DNA of 64,000 nucleotides from Octopus sinensis (lineage: Eukaryota). The first letter of the stretch is position 1. Each line of letters opens with the position of its first letter. The DNA is taken from assembly GCF_006345805.1 (NCBI RefSeq), contig NC_043011.1, forward strand, positions 59,780,464 to 59,844,463. Reading direction: 5' to 3'. Shown piece after piece: positions 50,079 to 59,000 of the stretch. The position numbers and the translations under genes are program-made. Under the pieces are notes generated by a model. The model was not told the DNA's origin and did not search any database. It saw only the letters and a program-made list of their open reading frames with translations.

Positions 50079-51476
50079 GCTGGTGCCGCATAAAAAGCAC
50101 CCAGTACACTCTATAAAGTGGTTAGCATTAGGAAGGGCATCAAGTCCTAGAAACTATGCCAAAACAGATGACAAGAGCCTAATGTAGCCCCCCCCCAGCT
50201 TCCCAGCTCCAGTCAAACCATCCAACCCATGCCAGCATTAAATGATAATGATGATGATGGTGATGATATTATAGGTATGTAAACTTGTTGACATATTTTG
50301 ACTTGGTCTTTTCTGAGATTGACAAGAAGTTGTGCTTAGGCTCCACTAATTGACATGGCTTTGTTCTTTTCAGCACTTATCTGCAGACTTGCTGGCACCC
50401 CACAAACTGTAAAGGCTGTCCATCATGGCCTGTAGCATATATCTCTGTCAGAGCTTAGTAATGCCCAGCCATCTGTGAAGTTCAAAGCCATCAGTTTGCC
50501 TAGTCCCCATGTTATTCCGAAATTGGTGCTTTCCATCACTTTCCGCATGATGAAATCAATTGCTTTCAGGAGCAGAAACGGCAGGAGGCGCAATGGCCCA
50601 GTGGTCAGAGCAGCGGACTCACGGTCGGAGGATCGCGGTTTCAATTCCAAGACCGGGCGTTGTGTGTGTTTATTGAGCAAAAACACCTAAAGCTCCACGA
50701 GGCTCCGTTGAGGTTGGTGGCGACCCCTGTTGTACACTTTCGCCCCAACTTTCTCTCATTCTTTCTTCCTGTTTCTTGTCCCTGACTTCCTATGCAACCA
50801 CTGAGCTTGGATGCGCATTCATCCATCCGTCGATGCTCTCGGTGTCGGGGGTTGATCTGCTTCCTCTTCTGCGGGCCTTATGAATAGCAAAGGACCACGT
50901 TTTGGACTTCTCCCAAGGGACGAAGACCGTTTCGCTCAACAAACAAACAAACAAACAAACAAGCAGAAACAGCAAGAAGATGCCACGCTGTCTCATTCCA
51001 GTAGCAATTTCAAACATGTCAGTGGTTCTGTTGCTTGTCTTCATGCAACACTGTAAGTCCCTATCCAGAGATTTGAAGATTGTGATACATCTGCCCAGGA
51101 CCCCATAGGCTTTCAAGATATTCTAGAGTGTTTCTCGATTGACAAAAGCCTATGGTTGATCTAGTGCTGTTCCCTTAATTAGGGTCCAAAACACCCAATG
51201 ACCCCATGATACCACACTGATGATGGGTCAAAGTATTGCATCTCTAACTGTACATTGAACTTTTTTTATTTTGATATTTCCTACATTTTTCTAAATATTG
51301 ATTACAATTTCATATTTTCACATTTTTCAGGGTTCTGGATAATGATCATCTCATTCTGTCTGCTATGCCTTCTGCTGGTCACACTCTTCTGGTTCCATAT
51401 GCAAAGGAAACACAATCAAGACAAATATGCTTCCTTACTTAGTGAAGATTCAGAAATGAATTATTCCAGCAATTGA
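9264..51476 (+). CDS. ACP2: Lysosomal acid phosphatase-like histidine acid phosphatase, 11 coding exons, 420 aa: join(9264-9347,21648-21743,22480-22566,27020-27172,31052-31147,34387-34476,37855-37978,39450-39538,40749-40941,48212-48316,51331-51476)
   Basis: Exons assembled manually. All GT-AG, phases consistent, total 1263 nt = 420 codons + TGA. Signal peptide, RHGDRSP nucleophile motif, [39 protein letters not shown]|HD, PPYAS, CP..CP...W.KEC, TM helix and YASL tail. The symbol means ACP2/ACP3-family-like; orthology not tested. Confidence 0.93.
9890..10530. repeat. Degenerate (TA)n microsatellite tract
   Basis: Directly visible, ~640 bp. Confidence 0.95.
12385..12620 (+). mobile_element. 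(GAT)n-tailed element, likely the 5'-truncated 3' end of an RTE LINE
   Basis: GGTTGGCGTTAGGAAGGGCATCCAGC...CCCATGCTAGCATGG...GTTAAAC(GAT)n. The same unit terminates the RTE remnants at 16075-17258 and 27427-28855. Confidence 0.8.
12629..13016 (-). mobile_element. Non-autonomous Helitron
   Basis: Minus strand starts TC and ends with a CCCAAGCAACGCCGGG subterminal hairpin-like motif + CTAG, inserted between A and T with no TSD. Confidence 0.75.
14445..14862 (-). mobile_element. SINE family A, full length
   Basis: Reverse complement of family A. Confidence 0.9.
15470..15850 (-). mobile_element. tRNA-headed SINE family C
   Basis: Reverse complement of 30488-30868. Confidence 0.85.
16075..17258 (+). 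mobile_element. RTE-clade LINE remnant (3' part of ORF plus 3' UTR with (GAT)n tail)
   Basis: Broken frames: [28 protein letters not shown]. Confidence 0.85.
18860..19325 (-). mobile_element. Two 3'-end fragments of Tx1/L1-like LINEs in (AAT)n/(GAT)n tracts
   Basis: Minus-strand pyrimidine-rich 3' UTRs ending TGTCCC...AATAAA/AATAGC, resembling 21500-21592. Confidence 0.45.
19390..19706. mobile_element. Penelope-like terminal-repeat fragments in head-to-head inversion within (TA)n
   Basis: ~19448-19559 is the reverse complement of ~19595-19706. Contains a hammerhead-type fold at 19574-19624. Confidence 0.6.
19574..19624 (+). ncRNA. Minimal type I hammerhead-like ribozyme with G3-C8 covariant core
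   Basis: UUUGUCA-GUGAACA-G-GUCGC(GGUCUCAAA)GCGAC-GAAA-AUAU-UU-UGACAAA: 7-bp stem I, 5-bp stem II, palindromic AAAAUAUUUU at stem III. Confidence 0.6.
19722..20115. repeat. Fold-back inverted duplication (~135-bp arms) of a dispersed repeat also present at ~17770-17940
   Basis: 19722-19855 reverse-complements 19871-20008. Confidence 0.8.
20358..21592 (+). mobile_element. 5'-truncated Tx1/L1-clade LINE (ORF2 C-terminus + 3' UTR) inserted in (TC)n
   Basis: FLWRG...GGLGMP motif, zinc finger CARC...[11 protein letters not shown], stop and frameshift, AATAAA at 21581, (CT)n on both flanks. Confidence 0.88.
21648..21743 (+). CDS. ACP2: ACP2-like exon 2 [32 protein letters not shown]
   Basis: ctctatag acceptor, GTAAGT donor, RHGxRxP catalytic motif, 96 nt. 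Confidence 0.97.
22480..22566 (+). CDS. ACP2: ACP2-like exon 3 [29 protein letters not shown]
   Basis: tttttcag / GTGA, 87 nt, family motif LG..LRQRY.GFLN. Confidence 0.95.
23470..23785 (-). mobile_element. SINE family A with internal deletions
   Basis: Reverse complement of the family A tail and head. Confidence 0.8.
23830..25565. repeat. Degenerate TGTTCT/TATGTG-rich minisatellite split by nested (GAT)n-tailed elements (24265-24410 -, 24440-24800 +, 24972-25310 -)
   Basis: The same low-complexity motif at 23830-24262 and 25312-25565 flanks the insertions. Confidence 0.65.
25820..26053. mobile_element. piggyBac-like MITE
   Basis: TTAA-CCCTTT...AAAGGT-TTAA termini. Related fragments near 9520-9660, 37135-37261, 39901-40200 and 20170-20283. 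Confidence 0.5.
26460..26575 (+). mobile_element. Tc1/mariner terminal fragment
   Basis: TACGAGGGTGAGTCAAAAAGTAATGC is typical of mariner TIR starts. No second TIR seen. Confidence 0.45.
26714..26945 (+). mobile_element. SINE family B, full length
   Basis: GAGCTGGCAGAATCGTTAG head, GAGTTCAAATTCC B box, tail GTAAAGAAATA. Confidence 0.88.
27020..27172 (+). CDS. ACP2: ACP2-like exon 4 [51 protein letters not shown]
   Basis: ttgcag / GTAAGT, 153 nt, conserved active-site Arg and WQPIPV. Confidence 0.96.
27306..27351 (-). ncRNA. Minimal Penelope-type hammerhead motif
   Basis: GACAC-CUGAUGA-A-GGCUG(GAGGGUAUAA)CAGCU-GAAAC-GUU-GUGUU, with palindromic AACGUU. Confidence 0.7.
27427..28855 (+). mobile_element. 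5'-truncated RTE-clade LINE with PHD-type finger, decayed
   Basis: PWELLY(VV)DLAL (degenerate YADD), [11 protein letters not shown]4HC3 finger, [28 protein letters not shown], then a 3' UTR with (GAT)n tail. Confidence 0.92.
30488..30868 (+). mobile_element. tRNA-headed SINE family C, full length, inserted in (AGT)n
   Basis: TGGCCCAGTGG A box, GTTTCGATTCC B box, (AGT)n on both flanks. Confidence 0.9.
31052..31147 (+). CDS. ACP2: ACP2-like exon 5 [32 protein letters not shown]
   Basis: ctgtag / GTAAGA, CPRY motif. An alternative in-frame acceptor would start the exon at 31061. Confidence 0.9.
31780..32322. mobile_element. Two adjacent hAT/Charlie-like MITE fragments
   Basis: Ends GGTTGAGAACCAATG and AGTGATTCCCAAA...TTTGGGACCCACTG. 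A related element at 55058-56030 is interrupted by SINEs. Confidence 0.45.
32455..33000 (-). mobile_element. SINE A 3' half joined to a family C-type SINE
   Basis: Reverse complements of both families. Confidence 0.7.
33225..33455 (+). mobile_element. (GAT)n-tailed RTE 3'-end element
   Basis: Same unit as 12385-12620. Further copies at 22790-23060(-), 31388-31555(-), 35367-35590(+), 40990-41250(-), 41927-42225(-), 52950-53160(+) and 53295-53615(-). Confidence 0.8.
34387..34476 (+). CDS. ACP2: ACP2-like exon 6 [30 protein letters not shown]
   Basis: tttgcag / GTGAGT, 90 nt, VW...DTL.CE motif. Confidence 0.94.
35116..35365. repeat. Inverted repeat, ~98-bp arms with ~50-bp spacer
   Basis: TACAAATAAGAAAATGGAGAAAC...GTCCTTGG versus CCAAGGAC...GTTTCTCCATTTTCTTACTTGTA. 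Confidence 0.85.
36612..36910 (-). mobile_element. Family D: tRNA-derived head + (AAT)n + Penelope-like hammerhead tail, with an abutting inverted partial copy (36851-36910, +)
   Basis: Minus strand reads GGGCATATGGCGTAGTGGTTAAG (A box)...GAGTTCGATTCC (B box)...GACACCTGATGAAGGCTGG...GCCAAAATGTTGTGTT (CpG-decayed hammerhead, 36665-36710). Confidence 0.8.
37340..37747 (-). mobile_element. Non-autonomous Helitron
   Basis: Minus strand 5' TCTTTATATATAAAA, 3' CCCGAGCAACGCCGGG hairpin + CTAG, A|T target. Internal ~120-bp tandem duplication. Confidence 0.8.
37855..37978 (+). CDS. ACP2: ACP2-like exon 7 [41 protein letters not shown](G)
   Basis: ttttacag / GTAAGT, P.W and ARL.GG motifs, ends in phase 1. 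Confidence 0.94.
38935..39115 (+). mobile_element. Short Penelope-like element with U6-variant hammerhead remnant (38986-39019); second copy at 47785-47960
   Basis: Two alignable copies, both ending at (TA)n. Confidence 0.55.
39450..39538 (+). CDS. ACP2: ACP2-like exon 8 (G)[29 protein letters not shown]
   Basis: tttcag / GTGAGT, completes the Gly codon, ends KL..YSA before the catalytic HD. Confidence 0.94.
40749..40941 (+). CDS. ACP2: ACP2-like exon 9 [64 protein letters not shown]
   Basis: tttttcag / GTTAGT, HD proton-donor motif, PPYAS...EL. Confidence 0.95.
42340..45900. repeat. Extremely A/T-rich (T-biased) low-complexity tract with ~1.02-kb tandem duplication
   Basis: Recurrent TTTTATATATAAATTTT motif. 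Landmarks repeat at 43742/44767 and 43857/44881. Confidence 0.9.
45950..47745 (+). mobile_element. 5'-truncated CR1-group LINE (RT region), decayed
   Basis: [67 protein letters not shown]. In-frame stops near 46262 and 46418, frameshift near 47340. Confidence 0.93.
48212..48316 (+). CDS. ACP2: ACP2-like exon 10 (D)[34 protein letters not shown]
   Basis: tttccag / GTAAGA, conserved C...CP...F......P.DW..EC. Confidence 0.94.
50370..51170 (-). mobile_element. Old RTE RT fragment interrupted by a SINE C variant (50583-50960, +)
   Basis: Minus-strand peptides [12 protein letters not shown].. and LLPFLLL.AIDFIMR..LNFTDG.ALL flank the SINE. Confidence 0.7.
51331..51476 (+). CDS. ACP2: ACP2-like terminal exon (W)[47 protein letters not shown]
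   Basis: catttttcag acceptor, phase matches exon 10, ~21-aa TM helix, basic stop-transfer RK, YxxL motif, TGA. Confidence 0.85.
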
Positions 51477-52230
51477 AAGAAAGGAACAAGCACACAAAAA
51501 AAGCCAAAAAGAACCCACAAGCATCCAAAAGAAATTTTAATGCAAAAAAAAAAAGAATTTGTATATATTTTTATAAGTCATAATCTCTTCTTAAGATAAA
51601 TTCTATTTTTTTTCTATTTATTTTTTTAACATTCCCCTTTTAAATTGTTGGACAAGAATACTTTAAAAAATTTTTAATTAACTTTTACTCTTATTTTTAA
51701 TTTCCTATTTTAATTGTGGAAATCTTATTTTTGATGTTTCCAACAAACAACATTGACTGATTGAACCACATTATTTCAAAACATTAAACCGTGAAAAAGG
51801 AATTTAGACAGCAACAACAACAACTATACACACAAAATATGTAAGCAATGAACTCAAAAAAGAAGACAACCCTTGAGGGACAAATTTTAACAAATGTTTA
51901 AAGCTTAAAAAGGAGCTGAAAGGCTACACACACACACATGCACACATGATAATATTGTGGGGTGTTTAACCTATAAAGGTATCAGAAGTGTTACTTAGAA
52001 GTAGGTGAGGAGGGTAGGACTAGGATGAACCTGTATCTACGTATTTACATTAAAAAAGGATGTTAAGTGATGATGAGGTGTATGCACAAACACACACACA
52101 CACACATATATATAGTTATATATAGATATATTAATAATGTGACAACAGAAGAATGAATGAGACCTTCATATTACGTAAAATAGAGGAATTTATCTATGAA
52201 TATAATATGTGACAATTAGTTGGTTGTCAT

Positions 52231-52289
52231 AATAAAACTCAGTTTCAGATGTCGGGGCTGAAAACTGCTTTGGCATCTCATCAGTTATT
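52231..52289 (-). ncRNA. Hammerhead-like motif in a Penelope-like fragment (~52130-52380)
   Basis: AAUAA-CUGAUGA-GAUGCC(loop)GACAUC-U-GAAAC-UGA-GUU-UUAUU. Confidence 0.5.
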
Positions 52290-52467
52290 TAGACAAAACG
52301 CTATGAGAAAAATAAAAACCCATTGAATAAAGGGAAATTACTCTAATAGGCATGGTGAAAGTAATACTTCATTCATAAAATCTGCATATGCACACATGTA
52401 CACACACACTTACATGTACGCACGCACACACATATATGTATATATATATAACCCCACCATTTATTGA

Positions 52468-52504
<37 letters not shown>

Positions 52505-53814
52505 GCAAACGCATATATACATATATATGTCTATGCATACATGCACATACACACACATATATACCCATGCACGCATCACTACACTCATATCTACATTTCA
52601 ACACACACACATACATATGCAGATATGCAAAACATAGTTTATATGCACATGCATATACATACATGGAAAACGTACACACAAATAAAAAAACGCATGCATC
52701 ATTATGTTCATATTCACATCTCTATATGTATATACACATACATACACATCTTCACCATTGTTTCCTCTCCCTTGTTATCCTTTCTCTTCCTAACTGGAAT
52801 GTCCCCATGTCTACTCTGCAGCAAGACACCTCTCCTTGTTCCTCTTTACCTTTAATCTTTCTAACGGCATAAACCCATCCTTGCCTTTGTACTACACCTC
52901 TCTCCCAACCAAGCAATTTTGTCCTACAAGTTGCTTGGTGACCCCTGTCAATGTTGGTGCCACATGAATAGTACTGTTGTTGGTGCCACGTAATAAAGCA
53001 CCCAGTGCCCTGTGCAAGGTGGTTGGCATCAGGAAAGGCATCCCGCTTTGTAGAAACCATGCCGAAACAGACAACAGAGCATAGTCAGCTCCTGTCAAAT
53101 TGTCTAACCCATGCCAGCATGGAAAACGGTTGTTAAATGATGATGATGATGATGATGATATACCTCTCTTCTTACCTACCTATATACATTCATATATTCA
53201 TACATACATACATTGATGGATAGGTTTTGTCCCTTTTTCCTGAACTCTGTCAGCTACACCAATTCTGTGTTTTCACCCTGTCCGTGTGTATATATCATCA
53301 TCATCATCATTGTTTAACGTCAGTTTTCCATGGTGGCATGGGTTGGACGGCTTGACTGGGGTCTGGGAAGCCAGGAGGCTGCACCAGGCTCCAAGTCTGA
53401 TCTGGCAGTGTTTCTATGGCTGGATGCCCTTCCTAACTCAACCACTCCGTGAGTATAGTGGTTATTTTTCACATGCCATTGGCACAGGGGCCAGAGGGGT
53501 CTGGCATTGACCATGGTCGGATGGTGCTTTCCCATGCCACCAGCACAGGAGCCAGTCAAGGTGGTGCTGGCATCAACCACATTGAGATGGTGCTTTTTAT
53601 GTAGCACTGGCACACATATATATATATATGTTTTTTAATCTCCATCTCAATAATTTCATTTGAGGACTTCTTTTCTTGCAGTTCTATAAACCCTTTTGTC
53701 TCCATAAAAAGAGACAAAATTTATTTCTTGTCATGTATATATATATTACACACATAAATACATACATGTATATTTGTATATGCATCTTACATACATACAG
53801 ACATACATTTGGGA

Positions 53815-53868
<54 letters not shown>

Positions 53869-53898
53869 AGAGTTAAGGAATGGAGTGGATAAGATCCA

Positions 53899-53982
53899 GG
53901 CAACATATGTTTCATAGTGAGCGGAACCTCAGAAGTGGTAAATATCAAAGTGATGTGTAAACCGCAGGCTACTCTTCAGGCC
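53899..53982 (-). ncRNA. Hammerhead-like motif with extended stem-loop II
   Basis: GGC-CUGAAGA-GUAG..GCGG(long loop)CCGC..CUAU-GAAAC-AUAU-GUU-GCC, with palindromic AACAUAUGUU. Confidence 0.55.
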
Positions 53983-55269
53983 AATGGTATCTTGATTAAA
54001 TGAAAGTTTACATTGTCTCACGGAGTTACATGTTTACACATGAAAAATCTTCCATGTGTAAACATGTATCTCCTTGGATATTTCACACCTACGTAGCCTG
54101 GATCTTATCTGCTCCATTCCTAAGCTCTTATATTCTTATTCGCATACACAGCAACTTTTGTCACCTACTGTGTAATATAAAAAGAACTTTTTTCAGTTTA
54201 TCGTATTTCCATATGAAAAAAAATCCACAACCTTCCGTCTCAATAAACCACTATTTTCCCTGAAAGTTGTTTTTTTATATTTACTACAGATTGCTTGAAG
54301 CTAACTTTCTTCCTACACTTCGATCCCTGGATCGATGATGATATATATATTCACAGATACACACACACATACATACATTAATCCCTCGCCATATCACATC
54401 AGCATCGGTTGTCAAGTGATGTTGGGGGGACAATCACAGACACACAAACATACACACACACACACACACAGACACACACACATATATATATATACAAAGG
54501 GCTTCTTTCAGTTTCCATCTACCAAATCTACTTACAAGGCTGTGGTCGGCCCAAGGTGCCACGCAGTGGGAATGAACCCGAAACCATGTAGTTGGTAAGC
54601 AAGCTACTTACCACACAGCCACTCCATATATATAATATTTGTATGTTATTGAAGAACAACATTTGGATAGTTTCTCTTTCCTTTTTTCTTTTCTTTTTTT
54701 TTTCTTTAATATGGTCAAAAAAAAACAATACTAAAACTATTTAAATTCCTTCAGCAACTGTTTTTATTGTTTTTGTACTTAAAGCAAAGTGGAAAATGAT
54801 TCAACCATTTGACTACACAGTTATCTCCCTTATATTCACTTTGGTAGGGTCCCAAAAGATCATCAGAGATCAGAGATTGTGAGGTTCACCATTTGTAATG
54901 GCCCTTTAACATACACCCTGCTTCCTTCCCCTTTCTGTACACTCTTCCTTCTTGCTGCCATTTTCCTTTCACCTCATATCTCTTACATCTAGCTTTCCAC
55001 CTGTTCATCCCAAATATTTCTCTGTGGGTTTTATCTGTTTCTCATTGTCCTCCAGACCAGTGCTTCTCAATCAGGGTCCATATATGATTTTTGAGGATCT
55101 GCTCAAACAAAATAGTAGTTAAGGAATCCAGACAAGTAGTTTAAGTGTCTATGAAAGATTTTAATTACGATGTATTTGTTGGCTGGGTTTGTTTCTCTTT
55201 TGCATACTTTGACATGTTTTTGGCCCCCAGAACATCTCTCAGGGAGTCCTATTGCAAACCTATACAAAA

Positions 55270-55880
55270 GTTGCTGTGTGGTAAGAAGTTTGCTTCCCAA
55301 CCACATGGTTCTGGGTTCAGTCCCACTGTGTGGCACCTTGGGCAAGTGTCTTCTATAGATTTGGCCAATCAAAGCCTTGTTAGTGGATTTGGAAACTGAA
55401 TGAAACTTGTCATATATATATGTATGTTTGTAGGGTGGCGAGCTGGCAGAACCGTTAGCACACCAGGTGAAATGCTTCGCGTTATTTCGTCTGTGGTTAC
55501 GTTCTGAGTTCAAATTCTGCCGAGGTCGACTTTGCCTTTCATCCTTTCAGGGTCAATAAATTAAGTACCAGTTACACACTGGAGTCAATGTAATCAACTT
55601 GACCCCTTTGTCTGTCCTTGTTTGCCCTCTCTATGTTTAGCTCATTGTGAGCAATAAAGAAATTATATTTATATGTTTGTGTCTTTGTTTGTTCCCCACC
55701 ATCACTTGACAAGCAATGTCGGTGTCTTTACGCCCCTGTAACTTTGCAGCACTGCAAAATAGACCAAGAAAATAAGCACTAGGCTTACAAAGAATAAGTC
55801 CTGGAGTCGATTTGCTTGACTAAAGGTGGTGCTCCAGCACGGCCACAGTCAAATGTCTGAAACAGGTAAACGAAAGTAAA
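55270..55880 (+). mobile_element. SINE A with a SINE B (55433-55662) nested in its internal microsatellite
   Basis: A head and core, complete B, then the A 3' half. Confidence 0.85.
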
Positions 55881-56039
55881 AATGTGGATGTGTGAAAAAC
55901 AAAATAAGAATTTTGAAAGAATTATCTATAAAGCTAGGTTTAAAACCCTGAATGGTTTGGGGTGGGGAGTAGGGGTCCACCAAAATAAAATAGCAGCCTA
56001 AGGGGTCTAAAACTAAAAAGAAAAAAATTTTATCAGTGT

Positions 56040-59000
56040 TGATGAATTTCATACACAAGCACGAAACTTATGAAGTGATTGAATTTCGTGCAAGAGAGTG
56101 AAACGTATTAGTTGCATGAATTTCATATACAAGAATGAAATGCATGAACTTCATACACAAACATGAAATGCATGAACTTCATACACAATCGTAAAATGTA
56201 TGAAGTGATTGAATTTCATACACAAGCATGAAACATATGAAGCAATTGAATTTCATACATAAGTGTCAAACTTCTGAAGTGATCGAATTTCATATTGAAG
56301 TGTGAAATATATGAAGTGATTAAATTTCATACAGAAGCGTGAAACTTATGGATTGAGATTCATATACAAGCGTGAGACATATGAAATGATTGTAGTCATA
56401 CGCAAGGGTGAAACGTATGAAGTGCATGAATTTCATACACAAGCGTGAAACGTATGAAGTGATCCAGTTTCATACACAAGTGTAAAACGTATGGAGTGCA
56501 TGAATTTCATGCACAAGTGTGAAACGTATGGATTGAGTCTCATACACTAGCGTGAAACATATTTAATGGTTGTGTTTCAAAAACAAGCATGAAACATATG
56601 AACTGCATGAATTTCATACACAAGCGTAAAAGGTACGAAGTGATTGAATTTCATGCACAAGAGTGAAACGTATGAATTACATGACTTTCATACACAAGCA
56701 TTTCACATATGAAGTGATTGAATTTCCTGCACATGAGTTAAACTTATAAAGTGCATGAATTTCATACACAAGCGTGAAAATTATGAAGTCATTGAATTTC
56801 ATGCATAAGAGTGAAACGTATGGAGTGCATGAATTTCATACAAAAGCGTGAAATGTATGGACTGAATTTCTTACACAAGTGTTTAACTTATGAAGTGCAT
56901 GAATTTCACATACAAGCGTGAAACATGTGAAGTGAATGAATTTCATACGCAATCGTGAAAAGTATGAAGTGCATGAATTTCCCACACAAGTGTGAAACGT
57001 ATGAAGTGATTGAATTACATGCACAAGCGTGAAACACATGAATTTAATACACAAGAGTGAAATGTATGAAGTGAGTGAATTTCATACACAATCTTCAAAC
57101 GTATGGATTGAGTTTCATAAAATACATGAAAATATTAAATAATTGCATTTCTCAAGCAAGAGTGAAACGTATGAAGTGCATGAATTTCATACACAAGCGT
57201 GAAATCTCTGCAGCAATTGAATTTCATGCACAAGTGTGAAACGCATGAAGTGCACGAACTGCACACACAAGCGTGAAACGTATGAAGTAATTCAATTTCA
57301 TACACAAGCTTTAAACATATGAAGTGATTGAATTTATTGCACAAGAGTGAAACATAAGGTGCATGTATTTCATACACAGTGTGAAACGTATGAATTGATT
57401 AAATTTCATAAACAGTCGTGAAACATATTAAGTGATTGTATTTCATACACAAGTGTGACACGTATGGAGTGATTGAATTGCGTACAAATACAAGCGTGAA
57501 ATATATGAAGTGCATGAATTTCATGCACAAGCGTGAAACAGATTGAATTTCATGCACAAGAGTAAAACCTGTGAAGTGCATCATTTTCACACAGAAGCGT
57601 GAAACCTCGGACGGAATTGAATTCTATGCACGTATGGAGTGCATGAATTCCATATACAAGCATGAAACTTATGAAATCATGGGATTTCATAGACAAGAGT
57701 GAAACGTATGAAGTGATCGAATTTCATGCATAATTGTGAAATCTATGACGAGTATGAATTTCATACACAACCATTTAATGTATGAAGGGATTGAATTTAA
57801 TACACAACCGTGAAACATATTAAGGGATTGCATGTGAAATGTATGAAGTAATTGAAATTCTTGCACAGCAGTGAAACGATTGAAGTGATTAAATTTCATA
57901 CACAAGTTTGAAATATACGAATTGATTTATTTCGTACAAAAAAGTGAAACGCTTGAATTGCATGAATTTCATACACACACGTGAAATGTGTTAAGTGATA
58001 GAATTTTGTATACAGGCGTTTAAGGTATGAAGGGATTGAATATCATGAACACGAGTGTTCATGATATTCAAGGTATTAAGTGGTTGTATATCATACACAA
58101 AGTGAAACGTATGCAGTGCATAAATTTCGTATACAAACGTAAAGTGCATGAAGTTAAACGCATGTGTATGCAATTCAATCACTTCACACATTTCAAGCTT
58201 GTGTATGAAATTCATGCACGTGATAATTTCACGCTTGTGTAAGAAATTCATGCACGTGATAATTTCACGCTTGTGTAAGAAATTCATTCACTCCATACGT
58301 TTCACCTTTGTGTATCAAATTTATGTACTTCATACATTTCACAGTTGTGTATGAAATTCGTGCACATCTTACATTTCATGACTGTGTATGAAATACCGCC
58401 AATTAGGATGTTTTGACGCTTGTGTATGAACTTCAATCTCGTCATAAGTTTCACGCTTGTGTATGAAATTCATGCATGGGATCATTTCAAGCTTGTGTAT
58501 GAAATTGGCGTACTTCATAGATTTCAACCTTTTGTATGAAATTCGTGTACATCATACATTTCACGCCTGTGTACGAAATTCAAACAATTCATACGTTTCA
58601 TGCTTGCGTATGAAATTCATGCACGTGGTAATTTCAACCCTTTGTACTTCATACATTTCACGCCTGTGTATGAAATTCCTTAATTTTAGACATCTCATCC
58701 TTGCATGTGAAATTCATGCACTTCATAAGTTTTGCCCTTGTGTATGAAATTCATGCATTTCATACATTTCACACTTGTGTATGAAATTCGTGTACGTCTT
58801 AAATTTCACGACTGTGTATGAAATAACTCCAATTTAGATGTTTTGACGCTTGTGTATGAAATTCGTGTAAAAAATACCTTTCACGCCAGTGTACGAAATT
58901 CATTCGTTTCATACGTTTCACGCATGTCTATGAAATTCATGCACTTCATACGTTTCAACCTTGTGTATGAAATTCGTGTACTTCATACATTTCACTCCTG

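Noticed and set aside
51421-51441. Acidic dileucine signal in DKYASLL
   Set aside because: Asp is five residues before the first Leu rather than four as in [DE]xxxL[LI], so only the YxxPhi motif is claimed.
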